A DNA stretch of 64,000 bases, taken from Naegleria gruberi (taxonomy: Eukaryota). The translations under genes were made by a program, and so were the position numbers. Below, piece after piece: positions 1 to 9,702 of this stretch. Each line of letters begins with the position of its first letter. The first letter of the stretch is position 1. The notes under the pieces were generated by a model. The model had not been told where the DNA came from and searched no databases. It saw nothing but the letters and a program-made list of their open reading frames with translations. Location of the stretch: the NCBI GenBank assembly GCA_000004985.1, contig GG738889.1, one strand, 5' to 3'.

Positions 1-104
1 AAATGTTTGTTGGATCTAAGGAGTTGGCCAACTTTTTCAGTTTGGAAGATATCAAGGAAATTATTCCAAAGGCCGAAAATGTTATTATTGTAAAGGAATT
101 GTAA
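1..104 (+). CDS. 3' end of an unidentified upstream gene (partial; C-terminus ...MFVGSKELANFFSLEDIKEIIPKAENVIIVKEL*)
   Basis: Open frame enters the window at base 3 and stops at TAA 102-104. The composition is coding-like and it is followed by an AT-rich 3' flank. I recognise no homology. Confidence 0.3.
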   Translation, partial: MFVGSKELANFFSLEDIKEIIPKAENVIIVKEL

Positions 105-213
105 AGAAAATGTATTTATAAATTAAGATATTTACTTCTCACTTGTAAGTGGTTTATAATATTTAGAATATTAGATAACAAATGCATTTGGTAAGCCAGA
201 AATGGAATTTCTC

Positions 214-2905
214 TTATTGTTGGACTGGAGCTTGTTGTTGTTGTTGTGGAGGAGCTTGTTGCTGTTGTTGTTGAGGAGCTTGTTGCTGTTGTGGAATTTG
301 TAAATTCATACCATAGTTCATCATTGCATCCATGTAAGGATCTCCTAATGAAGTCTGACCAGGTTGACTTCCATATTGAGATGGTTGTGTTTGACCTGGG
401 TATCTACCATTAAACACCAAAGGTGAACCAGAAGTTGGAGAACCACCATTAATGGAAACGAAAGGTTGAGGGTTATTGTTATACGTTTGTTGTTGGTAAG
501 GATCATAACCACCTTGTCCATAACTTTGTGGATATTGTTGACCGTATCCTTGTTGAGGATATTGTTGACCATATCCTTGTTGAGGATATCCTTGTTGTGG
601 ATATTGTTGACCATATCCTTGTGAGGGTAACCTGTGNNNNNNNNNNNNNNNNNNNNNNNNNNNNNNNNNNNNNNNNNNNNNNNNNNGGTATGAGTGATGA
701 AATTTGTCCTTGATGTCATTTGCAATGGATTCCTTGTTGGTGAACTATCAATTTTTGGATACGAGTACTATATCAGAAATATTGAATAATTTGAATTTCT
801 TCTTGGATTATGCATTATCAGATGAAAATGTGAGAGTTTCAGTAGGTGTGGATACCTTACTTGATAATTGTATTGAATCTGCTTACAAATATATTAAGGA
901 TCGTCAATATGTCAACAATCAGACTTCAAACTCTTATTATTTACATGCTGCACTCAAGAAAATATCCATGCTTCAAGCAAGAAGCTCTGCAATTGGAAGT
1001 TCTGGAAAGAGTAAGAAGGGTCCTTTCTTTTCTTCTGTTTTACATAGGAATACTGTATATGATTTCCCAAAATCTATTATTGACCCTGTTACAGAATCTA
1101 AAATAGTATTCTATTCTGATTTCTTTTCATTTGCTACTTTAAGTTCAACGATTGTGAAGAAACCTTTCGTTTCAGTACTGACCGTTTCGGATGATGTGTT
1201 TTCACTGAATAGTAGACTGGAAATGACTCATATATCTGAAAGTCAAACCACGTATTCGAAACTTATTTCTAGAATTGTGTCTATTGATTTCTCAGAACTG
1301 CCAGTTCAAGTAAATGGGAGTAAGATTTCCTACATCATTCCTTATAACACTACTGACAAAGAAGAACCAGCTCAATTTGCCAATTTAGAGTTACTTGAAA
1401 AGAACACAACTGTCACTTGTGGAGATTTCAGAAATGGATCACCAACCATCTTGAGAAGTGATTGCACATTACAAACAAGAAATACCACTCATGTGGTTTG
1501 TACATGTGTTAGTTTTACAAATGTCTTTGTTGTAGAAACTACAGTTGTGACCTATCATTCCTATGTCTATGTGGTTGCCATTGTAGTTTCTTCCATTGTA
1601 GCTTGTGTTTTATTCTTGCTGATTGCTATTGGTGTACTCGTCTCGATCATTAAAATTAGGAGAAACAAAGGAACAACTGCCAACAAACCAGAAACAGTAA
1701 CAAATACTTCAACCTTCTCACTCAGAGTTCAGGAAGTTGAAATTGAAACATCATCCTATGGAAGGGGTCAAACNNNNNNNNNNNNNNNNNNNNNNNNNNN
1801 NNNNNNNNNNNNNNNNNNNNNNNCTGTTGACCATATCCTTGTTGTGGATATTGTTGAGAATATTGTTGAGGATATCCTTGTTGTTGAGGGTAACCTTGTT
1901 GTTGCATTTGTTGAGGATATCCTTGTTGTTGTGGATATTGTTGCATTCCTTGTTGAGGGTAACCTTGTTGTGGATATTGTTGAGCATAACCTTGTTGTTG
2001 TGGATTTCCCTGTTGATAGCCAGGATAACTAACACCAACTCCAGCATTTATCAATGGAACAGTTGTTTGACCTCCTTGTTGAGTAGCTTGACCATATTGA
2101 CCTTTAATTTGGGTCATGTATTGAGTAAGGGTCGAAATAGATTGTTGCAAGCTGCTCCAATTAGCTTGTTGAGTAGATGTAACCATACTAGCAACGAGAG
2201 GTGTAATTTTATCCTTAATGAGGGCTGCATCATCTTGATCCAACAATGAAGGATCTGCTGCCAACAATTTGAGATTAGTATCAATGGTATTTACAGCATT
2301 ACTAACAAGGGCACAAGGGGAAATTGTTGACTGAGAAACAGGTTGTTGGCTTACTCCTTGTTGAGTATTTGGTTGCATGCCACCTTGTTGTTGAGGATAA
2401 CCTTGTTGCATTTGTTGAGGATAACCTGTTGTTGCATATTAGGCTGCATTTGTTGCATTCCTTGTTGAGGACTTTGTTGCTTTACTCCTCTGGTAATTCT
2501 AGTTTGTCCAATTGGAGTTGGAGGAGCTTGACCTTGTGGAGCAGGTTGATTTGGATTGGAACTCATTTGAATAGTTGGCTGTTGTTGGGATTGTTGAGAT
2601 TGTTGAGAGAAACAATATTGACCCAATCTATTAATCATGGAAATTTGAGTATTAATATTGTTAACATAGACACCAAGCTTGTTACTACTGGATTGCTGTG
2701 GTTGTTGGGATTGTTGGGATTGTTGAGATTGTTGAGGTTGTTGTGGTTGTTGCGGTTGCTGAGGTGGCTGAGGTTGCTGAGATTGCGACGGTTGAGTAGC
2801 TGCTTGTGCATTTGCTGAGGCAGATGCATCCTGAGCATTCACAACACTCAAGGCAACTAGACATAACACGAGGGATAAGCCCAATATATACTTTGGAGTG
2901 ATCAT
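214..2905 (-). CDS. Secreted Q/G/Y/P-rich low-complexity protein (gene body interrupted by gaps and a foreign fragment; 1-nt frame break near 2410-2430)
   Basis: ATG at 2905 opens a classic signal peptide (MITPKYILGLSLVLCLVALSVVNA|QDASA). QQP/QQS CAA-repeat tracts and GYPQQ repeats follow, then a unique central domain (…VSQSTISPCALVSNAVNTIDTNLKLLAADPSLL…). The C-terminal frame is continuous from 636 down to the stop at 214 (…GYPQQGYGQQYP…RYPGQTQPSQYG…APVQQ*). ORF 2351..2905 and ORF 1722..2411 overlap in different frames, so there is a single-base frame break. Bases 637-1823 are two N-gaps bracketing a plus-strand fragment of another gene. Confidence 0.45.
637..686. other. Assembly gap (50 N)
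   Basis: Run of n in the sequence. Confidence 0.95.
687..1773 (+). repeat. Gap-flanked ~95%-identical copy of 19058..20143 (the 3' coding part of the EGF/TM gene); a paralog/pseudogene fragment or a mis-scaffolded contig
   Basis: The two segments align base for base. Example start: ggtatgagtgatgaaatttgtccttgatgtcatttgcaatgg versus ggtatgagtgatgaatatttgtccttgatgtcatttgcaatgg. Identity continues through the TM helix (VYVVAIVVSSIVACVLFLLIAIGVL) and ends with ...SSYGRGQ at the N-run. The copy has the same orientation as the original. Confidence 0.6.
1774..1823. other. Assembly gap (50 N)
   Basis: Run of n. Confidence 0.95.
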
Positions 2906-3064
2906 TTTGTTTTTTCAAATCATGGCGACTTCCATAAGCACATCTTGTTAATTTATATGGATTATGAAAATGGGTAATGAACTTTTATGGAAATAATCAC
3001 GAAAAGATAACATTTCTCAACATGGAACACTATCATGTATGTTCATTATCGTTATTTAGCTTCA

Positions 3065-5329
3065 CTACTTTGTTACTGCCGAATCGGTATTCATATTGAG
3101 AACTTTCCTGTAGTACAAAATTTGATAGAGTCCTCTTGTTCTGTACATTAAAATTATTCCACCAACAGCACCAAAACCACACAAGGTTGTGGTCAAGTAG
3201 AATGTTGTCTGATAGCACAGGGTACCGTAACATATCTTGGACATGTTATCTGTTGGAATATTACTTTCGTAGATTTTACCTGCCAATAAGGTAGCAAGTA
3301 GGAAACTTCCCAAACTCGATGCTAAACTACAAATGGACGAATTGACTGCAAAATATTTTGGACCGAATCTTTCACTCAAGAAACTAGGAACCATAACTGC
3401 AACTCCTCCAAAACTAACTCCCAACAATATTAAAATGAAATAGTAAACCCAAAGAGGTGAAACTAGAACAATCATTTGACAAATCAACATGAGCAATACT
3501 CCACCAGTAAGGAAGGTCGTTCTGGTAATGTATCTACTCAATGTATCACTCATTAATCCAAACATCAATCGTCCTAAAGCATTAGAACATGCAAAAATCA
3601 TAACCATCAAATGTTGTTGACCATCGTATCCACCAAATGAAATGACAATTGAGCCCAAATTATTGACAATAACTAATCCAGAACCCATCGTTGCAAAGTA
3701 CACATAAAACACCAAATAAAAATCGAGAGTGAAAAGCATTTGCAATGGATTGGCATCTGGAATTGGAGTTTTGGCAATTTTCCAAATCTTGTCGTATTTG
3801 CCTGCTATTTCCTGATCTGTTTCGATTGGACCTTTATCTAAATCGTCCTCAATTTCTTCAATTTCATCGACTTGCTCTTGCATTGCTTCTCCTCGTTCTT
3901 CCAAAATTAATTGTTGACTCAAATCAAATCCTTCCAAATCTTCTTCCTTATCTTCTATTTCAGAGTTGTCTTCAATCTTTCCAATTGGATTTTCCAATTT
4001 GATATTATCTGTGGTTTCCTCCTTTTTTACATTTGAATCTTGCTTAGTTGGTACTGTTTCAGTCTTATCCTGCTGGCTTCCAACCATTAGAAAATCATTG
4101 AATTGATCTTGATCCTCTTCCAAATCTTCATCATGGACGAAACTATTCACATCTTCTTCATCCTGAGCCACTTGAACATAGCCACCATTATTTGGCGATT
4201 TAGTTGAATCATTTGGCTGTATTCCAATCTGATTCATGAAGAAAGTTCCAATCACAGTTGCAACTCCACCAAAAACTCCTACAAAAAGCAAGTAATCTCC
4301 CAACTTTCTCTCAAATCCAACACTGTAAATGAAACTAAACACTGCACTACTGAGAGCGACACAACTTCCCATAAAACCAATGATTTTTCCTCTATGTCTA
4401 GGTTCAAAATTTTTAATATTGGTCGTAATGGCTGCTGCATAGGCACCTAATTTACAAAAATTGAAATTATTGTAAAATGTTTACAATAAAATTTCAAACA
4501 AAAACCTACCTGCAGATCCCTGACCCATAACTGCCATAAAACATGCAATGAAAATATAAGCATCAGTTCCAACCATGTCAATTGCCTTAATATACACCAA
4601 ATAAAACATAAAATATCCACAAAATAACAAAACTCCAGAAATGACACACGTAATTCTCGATCCCACAAAATCATTCAACATTGAAACAGGTAATGCAAAA
4701 TAAGTTCCAACATTTGCAGCTGTTCCAATTAAATTAACTTGAGTTTGTGAAAAATTCAAATCATTCTTAATGGTTGGTGAGATGGAAGAGTAGGCATAGT
4801 GAGTTCCACTTAGAAATGTTAGTAATGCACCGAATAGGAATGAAATCCATCGATTTCCAAATAAGATGAAATGTAAATTGGTTAAAAAAGTGGAAAATTT
4901 GGATTTTTGTGGAGGTGAAACATTATTAGAATCATTTGGATTGGAAGATGATGGTATAGAAGTGTTATCTTGTTGGTCATTATGTATTGATGGGTCAAAA
5001 TTGTTTCTTGAACGTATTTCTTGATTTATATGATCAGAAATATTATTCGAATCTTGTTGAAAGCTATCGGAATGGTTATCTAGTACTTCCTCTGATATAT
5101 GTGCATCTGCATCACCTTCCTCTCCTTGTTTATGTCCTCGAATAATTATTTTCACAGAAGGCAATGGTTGTTGAGCATTGTTGTCATCTCTCGACGTGTC
5201 ATTGGAAATTATCGATGAAGAAGAAGAATTAAATTCTTGTTGATTTTCAGTGGAAGAAGACGTTGTTTCCTGTTGAGCAACGGATGGTTGACCCTGTTGT
5301 GTGTTGGTGCTATCGAGATTATCATCCAT
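3065..5329 (-). CDS. Nodulin-like major-facilitator (MFS) membrane protein, 2 exons: complement(join(3065..4446,4510..5329)), 63-nt intron
   Basis: ATG at 5329. The N-terminal region is low-complexity and S/N/D-rich. A nodulin-like MFS N-domain follows (…WISFLFGALLTFLSGTHYAYSSISPTIKNDLNFSQTQVNLIGTAANVGTYF…). Donor G|GTAGGT at 4509, acceptor …aaattag| at 4447, phase 1. The junction gives …GQGSAG-AYAAAITTNIKNFEPRHRGKIIGFMGSCVALSS…. There is a long acidic central loop and 10-12 hydrophobic helices. Confidence 0.6.
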
Positions 5330-5337
5330 ATCTTTGA

Positions 5338-8300
5338 TTATGATATTTTTTTTAAAATGGTGACAGAATTTAATCGGAGTTCTTTAATGGTATCGGAAAC
5401 GGAAGTGTTTATTTGAAAATTGTAACTGATCTGATTACATTCTTNNNNNNNNNNNNNNNNNNNNNNNNNNNNNNNNNNNNNNNNNNNNNNNNNNNNNNNN
5501 NNNNNNNNNNNNNNNNNNNNNNNNNNNNNNNNNNNNNNNNNNNNNNNNNNNNNNNNNNNNNNNNNNNNNNNNNNNNNNNNNNCTGGTACCCAAGGTGCTG
5601 GTGGATTACATCCACCAATTGGTTCAATATCATCAGAGTGAGTAATTACGAGGGAATAATTTTGGTTCTTCAGCAATTTGTAAGCTGTTACTGAAACACC
5701 AACAAGTATGTCTTCATCAATTTCCTCAATTCTGACCTTTTCAACGTTATTTAAGTGATCACCGTCTGAGTTGTCATTTCCTGGATATCTAGTTGATCTT
5801 GTACTATTTTCTGAGAATACATAGGCATTCAAATCCAAATCTTGATAAAGCTCAAACTTGGTACTTGTGGCAGCCATGTCATACCAAGCAATTGTGGCAT
5901 ATAGGAATGTAGATCCAGAAGATGGTGATCTACCTGCAACTCTTCTAAAGCAATAGTTTTGTGTTTGACTTTGTGTGATGGTCTTTCTATCAACTGTGAA
6001 TAATTCAAAGGTTGAACCAACAAATTTAAGAACTGAAGACAAGGAAACGAGACCAAATCCAGTATAAGCATTTGGATAACCCATCTTTTTAAGGTCAGAC
6101 ATTGAGCCTCTTCCATCAAGTGACACCATACCCTTCAATGGTTGTGAGGAATGAACAAGGGTGGCTTTAAGCAATGGTCCAGATGGATTACTATGAACAG
6201 TACGAGTCATAAAATATTCACGAATGAGAGCTGTAACATGTTAATAAAAATTCAAATAATTCAATGATAACATACCCAAACTTGATGCAACTAGAGGTGT
6301 TGCCATGGAAGTTCCTCTGAGTGTCAATACAGATGCTTTGTTAGTTGGGGTTGGTCTTCCTGTTCCACATTGGAAAGTACTGAGACTACCATCAGAGTGC
6401 ATAGATTCAATTTCATAACCAGGAGCAACAAGATCAGGTTTGATTCTGTTACCAATTGCTGGTCCACGTCCAGAGAAGTAAGCTAAATTTTCCTTTGTAA
6501 AGTATTTCTTACTGTCAGAGTAAGTCTTCTTCATAAAAGTGCTGCAGCACAATGATTTAACAAGGTTGGTCTGGTCATCTGTTGTTCCCTTAAAGTTACA
6601 ACATTCCTCTTCTGATGAAACCTTGATGGCTTGGAAAATACTGGTAAAATCAACATGGTCAACTGCACTGATAAAACCGTCATTTGTAGTTTGAGAAGCA
6701 CCAACACTGATAACATTCTTTGAGGTGGTTGGACTACCAATATTACCAACATCAGATGTATGTCCTTCGTTACCAGCTGCAAATAAGACAACAAAATCAT
6801 CATGATCCCATGTGAATTTGTCGATATCTTGAGCTTTGGTATCATAGGTATTACAAATTTGGCAGCAAGATTTTCCAAACATTGTTTTACAGAAATCATT
6901 TGAAACAGTCTCTCCTGTTTTACCATAGTCTGTATCAATTGCCCATTTACAATTACAATTATATTTACAATTAAACACTGCAGAGAAAGAACATCCCCAA
7001 CTATTGGAATGGATTCTCACGTTTGCCTTTTGATATGGAATCTTGAACAAGTAATTGTACAAATCAGGTGGAATGAGAAGACTACTTCCTCCAGTTTTCA
7101 TAATGTCAGTAAAGAAGAGCTTGGCACCTGGTGCACCTCCATTATACTTTTTAAGATCTGAAAAAGTATCTGCACTTGTCAAAATGCTTCCAGCAATACT
7201 GCCAGCAACGTGAGTACCATGTCCATCACCACCATCTTGATCGTCTGACTTGTAAATATTTCCATACTTATCTTCGAGAGCCACAGTTTGATAAGAGACA
7301 ATCTTTCTGTGTTCCATATTGACAGTGTTGACTGGAACTTCATTATCAGGATCATGGAAGAAGCATTGGTCAGAATCAATACCAGTATCAGCTACACCAA
7401 CTACAACTCCCTTTCCTGTAATTCCATTCTCCCAAATGAATAAATTTGAGCTAGAATTGGCAGTGGTTGGAGTATCAGCATTAATTCCTTGCATAATAAT
7501 ATTTGGATAATAGTTCATGAGAGTGTATGGAAGTTGTCTTTCAACGCTTTGGATAGCATCATGTTTCATGATAATCTTCATGGCTTCAGAGGCAATCTTT
7601 GGAGAACAAGTGAACCCGATTCTATCTTGACCTTCCTTCTTGACTGAAAAGAATAGTGGTTCTTCATCCTTGGATAATTTGGCAATTTCGTTTGAGAACT
7701 TTTCTTGCAATTCCTTATTCAACTGAGAGACAATTGTTTCTGTTTCCTTTTCAATTGTTTCATCGAGAATGGCTCTCAAACTTGGAGTAATAGTGGCAAA
7801 AACTGAAATATGTGAAACAATAGATGATGCCACTGCACGAGTATGCCTATTTAGATTGGAATTTGCCGACTCGAATCTAGTTAATTTTTCAAGAGTTTCC
7901 TCCAATGTAGTTTCCTTAATTTCTGTTTGAGTCGTGGCAGCTTTGTTTTCCCACATTTCCTGCATCTTGGTAAAATCAAGATTGGATTTGAATTTAGAAT
8001 CAACTCTTCCAATCCACTCGATAGTGGATCCATACTCTGTTTCAATAGAGGCAAGTTTGGCCAACTCGGACATTTCGGATGGTGTTGCTCTAATAGCAAG
8101 GAGAACACCATTGGAAAGTGTTCCAATAATTGAATGCTCCAAAGCTTTTCCGAGTCTGTTGGCGGTAATTGCTACATTATTTACAGTATTAGTATTTACA
8201 GTCAATGCATTCAAGAGAGCACCATTAAACTTTGATAAATCCAAATTTGAGCTAGTTAATCTTACAAAGTATTGAATTGGTTCTTCTTTAGAATCTCTTG

Positions 8301-8571
8301 TATTTTTCGAAATTAATTGATCCAGTAAATTATTACTTGCTGACATTTCAAGCAATGCATCGTTGATCATAATAGTTGAAGTTACAATTTTTGGAGAAAA
8401 GTAGGAACGAAATCTTCCAACATTGAATGCACTCATCATTTGATTGTTTTGCACCAACAATACAATTGAAAGCACAAAAGCAATACAAACAACCACAAGA
8501 GTACCAACAGTAGATAACCTTCTCAATCCTCCTCCATCACCACTTTTCCGGATTGTATTATTTTGTATCAT
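5338..8571 (-). CDS. Subtilisin-like serine protease (peptidase S8) with N-terminal membrane anchor, 2 exons: complement(join(5338..6230,6276..8571)). The 3' end is uncertain because exon 2 spans the 138-N gap
   Basis: ATG at 8571. Type II anchor LSTVGTLVVVCIAFVLSIVLLV. Catalytic triad motifs GVADTGID (Asp), DGHGTHVAGSIAG (His), a VVLFAAGNEG (Asn) region and GTSMATPLVASSL (Ser). Donor GTATGT at 6275, acceptor …gttacag at 6231, a 45-nt intron, giving …SSLA-LIREYF…. A Cys-rich insert (CKYNCNCKW…CCQIC) lies between His and Asn. Frame continuity across the gap 5445-5582 is arbitrary. Confidence 0.72.
5445..5582. other. Assembly gap (138 N) inside the subtilisin 3' exon
   Basis: Run of n. Confidence 0.95.
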
Positions 8572-9037
8572 CTTTAAAAATCCAAATATCTAATAAATTA
8601 ACAATAACAAATCACTATATATTCAAACAATTAGTTCGAGTAGATTCTCAAGAGAATATTTAGATGCAACAATAAAAACAACTTGATGAAAAAAACTCAA
8701 AATAGGCCGTTCGATGTCTTGCGCCTATTTTTTGTGTTATTTTTATTCTTCTTGATGGGGTTTGATGTATTGTACGCTGGAGTGATGGATTTTGTTCTTC
8801 AATTAGATTCGGAATGGAATCGATAATATTATCGTCGGTTGCTCTTCAAGTTCTTGGATATTGATTGTAAGCTATTGTATTTGAGTCAAGTAGATTACGT
8901 TACTCAAAAAATCCTCTTAATTTGCGTCAATTGATTGCCTTAGAACTCGGAGTTCATTGTTCTATAAAAACAGTTTTTAATAAATTTAGATTTCGATATC
9001 AATAATTAAAAAATATAATTAAAAAATCATCACGAAT

Positions 9038-9670
9038 ATGTTTAGTGGAAAGGCATCGGAAATTATTCCTGGCCAATTGTATCTAGGTAAGAAGAAGTAA
9101 CTGAAATATAATTAATTTAATTAATTTAATTTAGGAAGTATGGCCTCCGCTAGAAGAGTATTAGATATGGAAACTCTTAATATCGGTTCGATTGTGAATT
9201 GTACTTGTGAGGTTCCGAATTATTATGAAAATCATGAAGAAATTGCTGTAAAATATATGAAAGTTGAAATTGATGATAATGCCTACCAGGATATTTCAAA
9301 ACACTTTGATGCTACATTTGAGTTTATTAGTAACAGTATTGAAAATGAAGGTAAAGCTGTTTTGGTTCATTGTCAGGCAGGTATTTCAAGAAGTTCAACA
9401 ATTGTAATTGCATATCTGATGAGGAAATTGGATATTTCTCTCAAAGATGGTAAGTAGTTCATCACCAGTTTTTTGGAATTTCATTTAGCTTTTGTTAAAG
9501 TTAGAAATTGTAGAAGTATAATCATGCCAAATATGGGATTTTACAAACAACTGTTAGAATATGAGATGAAATTGAGAGGAGTTCAATCTTTGGAAAGAAA
9601 TCAATATTATGAATTGAGTTTTATTGAAAATTCATTGTTTAATATTTATTCCAGTAATATACAGAATTAA
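9038..9670 (+). CDS. Dual-specificity protein phosphatase (DUSP), 3 exons: join(9038..9086,9135..9449,9489..9670)
   Basis: Exon 1 MFSGKASEIIPGQLYLG, donor GTAAGA at 9087, acceptor ttag at 9134. Exon 2 carries the catalytic loop VHCQAGISRS (HCxxGxxRS). Donor GTAAGT at 9450, acceptor catttag at 9488, a 39-nt intron. Exon 3 AFVKVRNCRSIIMPNMGFYKQLLEYE is the typical DUSP C-terminal helix. Both junctions are in phase. Confidence 0.75.
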
Positions 9671-9702
9671 ATTGGGATTTTACATGGGCTATGTTTGGAT
9701 AT

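Noticed and set aside
704-2032. 442-aa plus-strand ORF in the track
   Set aside because: It is a chimera. It consists of the duplicated EGF/TM fragment read through an N-gap into the antisense strand of the GYPQQ repeats (…VDHILVVDIVENIVEDILVVEGNLVV…). It is not a real gene.
1737-2818. Leu-rich plus-strand ORFs 1737..2249 and 2324..2818
   Set aside because: These are antisense shadow frames of the CAA/GGT repeat tracts of the minus-strand Q-rich gene.
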